Shown here in pieces: positions 36,152 through 45,054 of a stretch of 45,054 nucleotides of DNA (its first letter is position 1; every line of letters begins with the position of its first letter). The notes under the pieces were generated by a model that worked only from the letters and a program-made list of their open reading frames with translations, ran no database searches and was not told the origin of the DNA. The position numbers and the translations under genes are program-made. The DNA comes from Nemertoderma westbladi (Eukaryota; Animalia; Xenacoelomorpha): contig JAUCBJ010008002.1 of assembly GCA_032718475.1 (NCBI GenBank), forward strand, positions 1 to 45,054, read 5' to 3'.

Positions 36152-37391
36152 TATGATAAGTTTATTTAGGGTATCTAAACACTTTCTAAACGACTATCTA
36201 AACGTTAAAATTTTATTTTTTGATGTCTAACGGGCCGGGTCGTTAAAAACCGGCCCGTGTCCATCGCTGACACGGCCATGGCCCCCAATGTTCTGAACCA
36301 TGAATCCTAACAAATTATTTGCACCAGCCAATTAAAAACAATTGTATAAAATATCCAATAGCAGACATATGACATATACCCAATCGTAAATAAATATGTA
36401 TATAATTGTGGATAATTATTGAATATATCACATTTCTCAACTCACCTCCCTGATTTGTTGACTTTTCTTAGAATGTATCCCCTGTTCTTCAGTTAGACTT
36501 ACAAAGAAACCCAATAAGCCAATCAGAAACCAGCTAAAATACATATTGATTGTTTACTTAAATATGCAAACCACATGGGGTAAGGCGAGTATATACTTAT
36601 ATAAAGGCGAGTAAATGCATTGTCGAGACTCACACCTACATGAATTAAACTTTAAATCTAACATGAACCAGGACTCAGAATAGACTACTATAGATTTTAT
36701 TCGGAAGTCTAACCAGGTCATTTATACTCTACAGCTACGGATGCAGGGTGCAATTGGCCTGCTTCCAATATTCACGCTAATTATCAATTAAGGGGAAGGA
36801 GCCGGTTGCAATGTTATGTAAATCTAATCAAAACAAGAACAGGGAGTCATAGCACAAGTCTGATACACAAAAACTTAATAATGTTCTAATTATTTTATTG
36901 TTAGGTAGGCAGAGTATAAATTTTGTTTGTGGGTGAAACTTTCTCGCGTTCAAAGTTTGGTGTGTATGACTTGTGTACTTGGTTTGTCGGTCTGACTTTA
37001 CAACATATCATTGAGTGTTTGTTTAGCTGATTATCGCCAAAAATTAAACTGATATCCGCACTATTGACTTCCGCATATTATTTTGATTATAATGTCACTG
37101 TAAATCGAATACAATCACTTTTCAAGTAAGATTGATTAATATTATAGTTTTCGCGCAAGAATTAAGGGTACTATAACATCATATCTATTTCTTTATTACG
37201 AAGCGCTACTATTCTGAAACTTTAACACAATGATCTGTGATCTTTTACTATGATCACTGATGACTTGTTTATTACCCAACGGGCATAATATTGATAAAAT
37301 TTAATTTAATTACACACAAACATTAATAAATAAAATTAAATACAAAATAGGTCTAGTGGAGGGATTTGTTGGCACAAGCTAAAAATTTTAA

Positions 37392-38135
37392 TTAAATAGA
37401 ATAAAATAATGTAAATTTTCTTAACGGGTACTGATCAGTCAGCTGGGTAGGGCTTCTAAATAAAATGTAAGGGCAAGGGTACGTTGTGCTCTGGTATTTG
37501 TGGGCACAGTAGGGCATGACAATTGGCGGTGGCATCAGCTTTGCCACATAAGCGGCAAACGCACGGGCTATCTGTTCTCCAACACTTTGAGGTGGCGCAG
37601 AGACGATGGTGAAATCCATTTAATAAGTATTGCGCGGCAACGCGGCGCCGTCGTCAAGTCAGATTGGCCAGGGATATGTCGGCGGTTGATGGGCGGTCCA
37701 CTGCAGCGAGGATTTTTGACGTGGATGCGTATTTACTTAGGCCACTCCAGAGTTTCCAGTAAAAACCACGCACCTTTATAACGTGGCTTAAATGAAGAAG
37801 TTTGTCGTTTGAGAGGAATTCAAAGGTTGAGCACCCCCGTAGGTGGTGGCGGGAATTATTACTAAAGACCACAGTTTGGATGCGGTTCTCATGGAGACTG
37901 TATGTAGATTCGCCAAGGACGCTAGACGCATACAGGAGGCAATAGCGCGGGCCTGGAGATGTGAATAATGCCCTGATGGCTTATTCGGGGTAGACAATAC
38001 CACGCCAAGGTAGTTCAATTTATTAACAAATAATAATTGGTGACCATTGTACATAAGTTTATCGTCATGGGATAGACGCCCGCCTATTCAAAATTTTACG
38101 ACCTTTGTCTTGGTGAGATTGACCTAAAGGTCGTT
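37392..38135 (-). mobile_element. Degenerate LINE RT 3' fragment (non-RTE, L2/CR1-group-like)
   Basis: VNLTKTKVVKF..GGRL..MYNGHQLLFVNKLNYLGVVL..KLWSLVIIPATTYG (RT domains 6-7 and thumb). The left boundary is uncertain. Confidence 0.65.
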
Positions 38136-40009
38136 AACCTAATGGTCGTTAACTATGTATGAAATGACTGTGAAATGAAATTAACTGATCTTTACTATGA
38201 AAACTGAGTATGGATAACTTGGCAAACCATATTGTTCGAAAAATATGGCATGTTTGGATCTTGTCGTTTTTGTCAAAAATGTTATACTTTTTCAGGCTTT
38301 TATTTGTAAAATATCCCATAAAGAAGAATTAGTAATACCACCTCGGTGGAAGTTCCACCCTCGGTACCCTCGGTTGGTCCACGAGTTTGGCACAATGGTC
38401 ATATAGACCATAATATATAAAAATTTCAGCATGAAATTATTATTTTTGAAAAATTTATAGGGGCTTTATTATGTTCGGACTGCATTTTGCGCAAAATATA
38501 TTTTGAGTATCTAGAACATTCCAAATTGCCAAGATTTACGATTTCATTATTAGATTGAAGCCCTAAATCTAAATGTTTAATGAAAATTCAATGAAAAATA
38601 AAAAAAATGGGCCATTTAGTAGTAGGGAAGTAGCCTAGTAGGGAATTTAGTGATGACAATTTAAAAATCGACAAACTAAAAAAAGGTTATTTTATACAGA
38701 GAGAGATAAATATCAGCCATTAATACTGTTGTCGAAAAGTGCTGTTATATGGTGAAAAAATCATTCAATGGTGAAAACCGATGTCACCACATGAAAGCCC
38801 TTCTAGCAAACTACAAAAATAGAAAAATTCATATTTAAATTTTTTTTTACGATTTCGAATTAATTTACGATTATTTCTGACGTCTACAAATCAGCAGCGC
38901 ATGTCATCAAGTCTACTCACGTCAAGTCAAGTCAAGTCAAGTGAGCTCATATGAGCTCTTATATTTCTTTCCACCAATGTTTATAAGCACAATAAACTGT
39001 ATTAAACTAGTAATATTATATATAGCCGTTACAATAATAAAGATAAACATATATTATTTATCTTTCGACTCTACATTTTAATGAGAAAATAGTCGCATAT
39101 GAAGATCGCTGTAGCGGGAAGCTAGTATTGCGACCTTCTGTAGCTTTTTACAAACATCAATGGGAGGTTGGTACCAATTGAATCCAGATGTGCCCCTTAC
39201 CTGTTACACACCAATTAAATAATTAATATTAAAGTTTGCAAACTATATTGCCTTAATTTATATAATTAAATATTTTTTTTTTTTTTTTTTAATATTATAT
39301 TACATTTTAATTATAATTTATATTTTAGGTTCATTATTAAATAATATCATTATATATAATATAATATATATAATATAATATATATAATATAACCACCACC
39401 ACCAAAATTAAATTTAGTAAGATTTGAATTTAATATAATTAAATATTATTTTAAAATGTTTTTTAAACACATTTTTTAAAATGTGTTAAACAATATAATA
39501 AACTTGTTATTTTCGATATCTTTGTTTGCGGTAGTAATTTTTTATCATGTCATGGTTTATGTACCGGTACAACATACATATAACTACCGACACGTGGTAC
39601 TTACTTATACGAGGTCGTAAAAATAAATACTGTGCGTTAACGTCAAATAAATCTGTATTACTATTACTTTGTTAAAGTATTTGTTGGAATGAAACATGTT
39701 ACCAAATGTACCGTTTGTAATTACTGAACATAACACTAGTTGTTATAGTATCGGAAGACAATAAAAGGACTTCTTCATGTTGGGTCTTATATATCCAAAT
39801 GCTCCCTTTATGAGCTCACTGGATGCAAACCCATCTCAGTTGTTGTCTTCCGGGAGTGCTGTTCGATGGCGAGATCTGTGATATTTACTGCCCGACTTTC
39901 AATAATTTCCCCCAGGCGATCCCAGGATCCGGCTGTCTGGGCCTCCGCTAAACCCAAATCGCAATCCTCGTCAATTCGTCCAGTCGTCGACGTAAGTCGG
40001 ACTCTCGGA

Positions 40010-42229
40010 AAGACCAAATTAAGCCTTCGTGCAAACAAGGGTCTTAAAAAGTCCACCCCACATCATGACTGGTCTACCTTGGTTAAAAACCCCATTATAA
40101 AGGATAACTTTACAATTGAGGTTACAAATAGATATTCCAGTCTCATAAATGAAGAAATGAACCACTGTGAGAAATATACCCAGTTTGCTGCAGCAGTAAA
40201 GTCAGCTGCAAAGAAAACTGTTCCTCTAAAGCCATGGAAGTTGAAGAAGATCCCCTGGGCAGACCAGCGCATTCTAGACCTGCGAGAGGCATTGAACAAA
40301 GCCCAAAGAGAGTATCGTAGCCGACGTACAACTTCTGCAAAAAATGCAGTGAAAGCTTCAGTGAAATCTCTAAACAAGCAATACTCGATTAATAAAGCAA
40401 AGCTTATCAGCGAGCAGGTTGATACTATCAATGCTGCTGACGAAAGCAGGAAATCTGCTGAAGCCTGGCAAGCAATCAACCTGCTCTCTGGAAGAAAAAG
40501 CCGACCAACTGCCAAGGTGAAGGCTGATTCTCCAGCCGACCGCTTGGCAGGCTGGAAGTCTCATTTCGAGAAATTGCTAAATAATGATCGAGAACTGACT
40601 GACGATTTCACTGTAAAGCCTGTGTCACACACAATACTCTCAGACATCCCAATTGGTGACATAACATTCGAAGAGGTCTTAACTGCTTCAAATGACATTA
40701 AAACCAATAGGGCATCTGGTGTTGATGATGTGCCTCCCGAGGTCTTTAAGATCAGAGAATGCCTCCAACTAGCCCACCCTATCCTAGTAGAAATGTACCG
40801 CACTAAGATTGCACCACAAGAACTGAAGACTAATCGGCTAACACCCGTTCCAAAGAAGGGCAACCTCTCCTATTTTGGTTCATATCGTGGAATTAGTCTA
40901 ATCTCAATTGCAGCTAAATTATTCAACAGAATAATGCTGAATCGCATTAGGGATCCTGTAGAAAGACTCTTGCGTGGGAATCAAAATGGGTTTTGAAAAG
41001 GTAGAGGTACCTTTGAACCCATTCTGGCACTTAGAAGGATTATTGAAGAGGTTTCTACAAAGAAAGACAGACATTTGGCTGTCATATTTGTGGATTTCTT
41101 CAAGGCCTTCGATTCCGTGTCACGCCCACGCATGTTCCAAATTCTTCAGGCATATGGGATCCCCAATGAGATCATTAATGCAATCAGATCAGTATATGAC
41201 GGTTCCACGACCTTTGTATCCACTACTGATGGAGACACAGACCCATTTGAGGTTCTCTGGGGTGTCCTTCAAGGAGACACATTAGCCCCGTTCCTCTTCA
41301 TTATTGTGGTGGACTATGTGCTGTGGACATCACTCGATCTTCATGAAGCTGATGGGGTGGAAATATCTCCACCATCAGGTAGCCGTAGACGTGGTTCCCC
41401 AGCAGAACATCTAACCGACCTTGACTTTGCAGATGACCTTGGTTTACTGTCAGAGACATTAGAAGGAGCACAGAAGCTGCTATCTAGCTTAGAGGAGGCT
41501 GCATCTAGTGTTGGCCTCTTTGTGAATAGCACAAAGACCAAAATTCTGACAGTAAACATGGATTCAGATCAGCAGAAAATTGATCGGGATAACATTCAAT
41601 CGCTGGATGGACTGGTAAGTCATGTGAACGACTTCTGCTACCTTGGATCATGGGTTCGGAGGTCTGATGAAGATCTCCGAATTCGCAAAGGGAAAGCCTG
41701 GTCCGCCATCCACAAGCTATCCAGGATCTGGAAGAGCTCCGACATCTCATGCTCTTTAAAGGTACGCCTTTTCCGTGCAGCAGTGGAGCCTGTGCTGCTC
41801 TATGGCAGCCCATGCTGGGCTCTAACTGCTGAAGACACCAGGTCCTTGGATGGCACATACACCAGGATGCTTCGCCGGGTGCACAACATAGCATATGATG
41901 CACACATAAGCAATGAGGTGTTATATAAATATGGTAACATCTCATTGCCAAGACCTAGCATCACCCTGCAGAAACGCCGTCTAATGCTTGCTGGGCACTG
42001 TTTCCGCCGGCAGGATCAACCTGTACACAACCTTGTGCTGTGGCAGCCTGCTGGCGAGAATAGACGTGGTGGACAGCCAATGACTTTCCTCAAACGCCTG
42101 CTCAAGGATACAGGACTTGAGAACAGGAATGAATTAGGAAATTGTATGGCTGACCGCAAGATCTGGGGGCGCTATGTTTCTGGGGCCGCCGGCACTGCAC
42201 CCTAGTGCAAGCCGATCATCATCATCATC
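40010..42229 (+). mobile_element. RTE-clade LINE (family B, sister to A), 5'-truncated, (ATC)n tail
   Basis: Collinear with family A from KLSLRA onward. ORFs 39866-40996 and 41075-42205 are in one frame, split by a single TGA (GF*KGRG). Tail ATCATCATCATCATC at 42215-42229. Confidence 0.92.
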
Positions 42230-42699
42230 CCACCGCACTCCAAGGTGGGTGGCTTGAGTGAGGCATGGGGAACTTGGCAGTGGCTCGCATTACGATCCTA
42301 CCGACCGCCGTATTCCCAGTGTAGTAAATAGAATCTTACTGACAAGCAAGCAATTCCGTAGTATTTATTCCTCAGTTAATCGCATCTTGATGCCACTCGG
42401 CTGCTCGGGTCCAGATACATCGGACTGTCGGAAGCATTTCAAACAGTAAAGGAGCGGCATTTGCGGATATCTCCGATGGTTTTGCCAACGACCAACCACC
42501 TGAAGACGGTACCGGTAACTCTGTACCACTGTAACAGTGAACAGTAGGCCTACCGGTACCGTACTGTAATCCTTTAGTCTCCTAGCAACCAGCTGATGCC
42601 AAGCCTAATAGTTTTTGGGTAGATTAATTTATTATAACTGTAAGACAGTTACACAGATGCTGCACAAAGACCCCACGCAAATTCAACTTGGAAAATTTC

Positions 42700-42930
42700 T
42701 AAAATTTGGCCAGACTACATGTGTACCAAGTTTGGTTAAATTTCATTAACATTTGGCTGAGTTATTAACGTTTAAAATTGGACACGACAGAACGACAGAA
42801 CAACAGATCAACAGAACGACATAACAACAGATCGACAGAACGACAGATCGACAGAACAACAGACACCACGATTGAGTTAGTGGTACCTGTATGCTAAGCT
42901 CGCTTACTTTCGTCGCTCGCCCCACAATGA
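42700..42930 (+). mobile_element. Possible DINE-1/Helentron-like non-autonomous element fragment
   Basis: ATGTGTACCAAGTTTGGTTAAA followed by an ACAGAACG/ACAGATCG microsatellite (42785-42865) and a short GC-rich motif. Confidence 0.4.
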
Positions 42931-44526
42931 GGGGATATACCCAGCAGAAAACGGTGCTTTAGGTTCAATATCAATAGTGTAACTAATTATAAATCATAAC
43001 AATCATGTAATCTATTAGAGACAGACCGAGAGAAAGCCGCCCCAATATTAGATTATTACAACAACATATCCATTGGGTAAGAAACTGGAGGAGAGCCAGC
43101 CCGTCTCTTAATTTTTTACTTTATATTACGCGATCAATTTTCACTCATCTCGTCATGAACCCAACATGTATGTAACCTTTTGTTAAATTTGTTAGCTATG
43201 CGTTTGCGGTTGTTTGGGCGGAGTGTGGTAGGCCTACACTTTTCACACTTAAATATTTTGGTTGTGAAATGTTACAGGGCATAGCGATCTGAGATATTTC
43301 ATTTATATTTTATTATGAGAGGAAGAAGAACATACAACGTTATTTACTATGTAACAAAATAATTGTTTTCGGGTTTAACTTGGAAGCCTCCCCAAATAGT
43401 TGATATACAATTATATTTAAATTATTTCCATGGTCATGGTCATTCACCCGTCTTTAGTTAGAAATTTGTTTGCATGAAAGACAGTTTAGTTTAGTTTTTA
43501 CTGATTTATTATCTCTTATCTGACTGGGGTAATAATACAGGATAGGATAAATGAAAGCAAAGTGTGACAGTAACAAATATTTCCCTGACACCCTAGCATG
43601 TCTTAAGTATATGATATATCAAAGGGGGAAGTTTGGATTCACTGCATAAATGCAGTTCACCAAACTTCCCCCGAATGCACACTGTAACTTCCCCCTTCCC
43701 CCAAATATCCACTGTTGAATTAATTTGAAGCGATATAATAAGTACAAAATTGTGCGAGTTTTTAATTGTGTGGTCCAATTGTTATTTGATTTCTATTTAT
43801 TATTTAAAGTGCATTTAATATCACACTGGTTTTTAGAATATTATACTATACAACCTTATGTTTTATTAATTTACCCAATCGAAGCCTCATAAGGGCCGGT
43901 TATTTGTACGCATATCCCCTAATGCGCTCAGTAAGGTTCAAACAACATATTAATATGAAAATAAAGTATCTGCAAAGAAAAGAACCCAATACTATATTAT
44001 TTGACCTTATTAAAAAATTTGCACTTTTGCACACTTATTTGTACAAATGCACTTTAGCAGATCGTAATGGTGGTTCTTATTTAACAAACTTATGTTTATC
44101 CTCTACCGATCTACGATGGTGTATGATCAAGTGTCAGTCGCTAAAAGTGTCAAAAATCCAATTTAATAAATCTGGATTTGCGATTTTGGACCATATTCAT
44201 GGACATTTTAAGTCACTTTATAGACATAAAAAGTTAAACAAATGTTACGATTATAGTTAGAAATCATTCCAAACTACATTTTAATCCAAAAAATAACATT
44301 CTACGATGAATAGAACTGGAAATAATAGTGTTTGAAATATCGAAAAAATGTTCACTATTTAAGTGCATTTTGCACTAAGCGTCTTGCGTCTTTTCCCAAG
44401 TTTTATCCTATTTCACACACTACAATCTATCCTCTATCTAATGAAAAAAGTTTAAGATTAAACGGCCCAGTAGAACCGAAGTTATTGATGTTTTAAAATA
44501 GTCACTCGAAAATTTCAAATTCACTT

Positions 44527-44592
44527 GCTCACATAGTCTAGTGGTTATCAATCACGTTAATGAAACCTAAGTTCGCGGGTTCGAAATCCAAT
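44527..44592 (+). other. tRNA-like Pol III head (SINE remnant or pseudo-tRNA)
   Basis: A box TAGTCTAGTGG and B box GGTTCGAAATCC. No intact cloverleaf. Bracketed by the inverted repeat AGAACCGAAGTTA (~44472 and ~44659). Confidence 0.4.
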
Positions 44593-45054
44593 ATTGACCT
44601 GACCATTCTTAATTTTTTTGCCAAAAAAATTATTTTTATTTTTTCACTAAAATCGTTCTAACTTCGGTTCTGGTGGTCCAAATTCAATAAAATTGGTATA
44701 TTCTTTGCCGTAATTTTTTTCTTAATCTTTTGAGAAGGGGTTATTTTTGGCCCCAAAAAAATTAAAAAAAAAAGGCCAAAATAACGCGATATTTTTCGAC
44801 CCTTAAAATTCGTAATTTTAATTATATATGTTAAGATGGAAGATAAAAGATAGCGGAGTTAATTTGATACTTTTTACAGGTACTTTTGGCGCAATACGCT
44901 AAATTATAATGGAATAGCGATTTGTTAAAAAAAAAAATTTTTCGTCCCTTTTTATAAATATTATATTTCACACGATCGCCTGCCGCTCCAGTTTTATAAT
45001 ACCTCCGGCGCTGTGATTAACGCTCTTAGATAGATAATAAACGCACTAAATAGC

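Noticed and set aside
43593-44260. Short ORFs in the AT-rich right end
   Set aside because: No motifs; composition is typical of non-coding DNA.

Overview
AT-rich eukaryotic (probably invertebrate) DNA made almost entirely of repeats and retroelements. From left to right: (i) a 9.5-kb satellite of interleaved 34- and 37-bp monomers; (ii) a 5'-truncated BEL/Pao LTR retrotransposon on + (RT, RNase H, integrase, PPT, short LTR); (iii) a ~15-kb BEL/Pao element on - bounded by ~1.1-kb LTRs (12990-14130, 26823-27893), with gag-protease-integrase but RT deleted, a nested RTE-clade LINE, and a decayed extra ORF3 at the position where env normally sits; (iv) a fibrinogen-domain (FReD) exon whose upstream region is filled with RTE fragments, a tRNA-derived SINE and a 1.9-kb 66-bp satellite copied from the 3' end of an RTE LINE; (v) further RTE and other LINE fragments. 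The best candidate for novel biology is ORF3, which reconstructs to about 865 codons encoding a WRN/EXD2-like DEDDy 3'-5' exonuclease plus a Cys/His zinc-finger module. Next are the four cUUCGg-capped hammerhead-like hairpins in each LTR and the LINE-tail-derived satellite. All family assignments come from motif recognition by eye; no database search was run.
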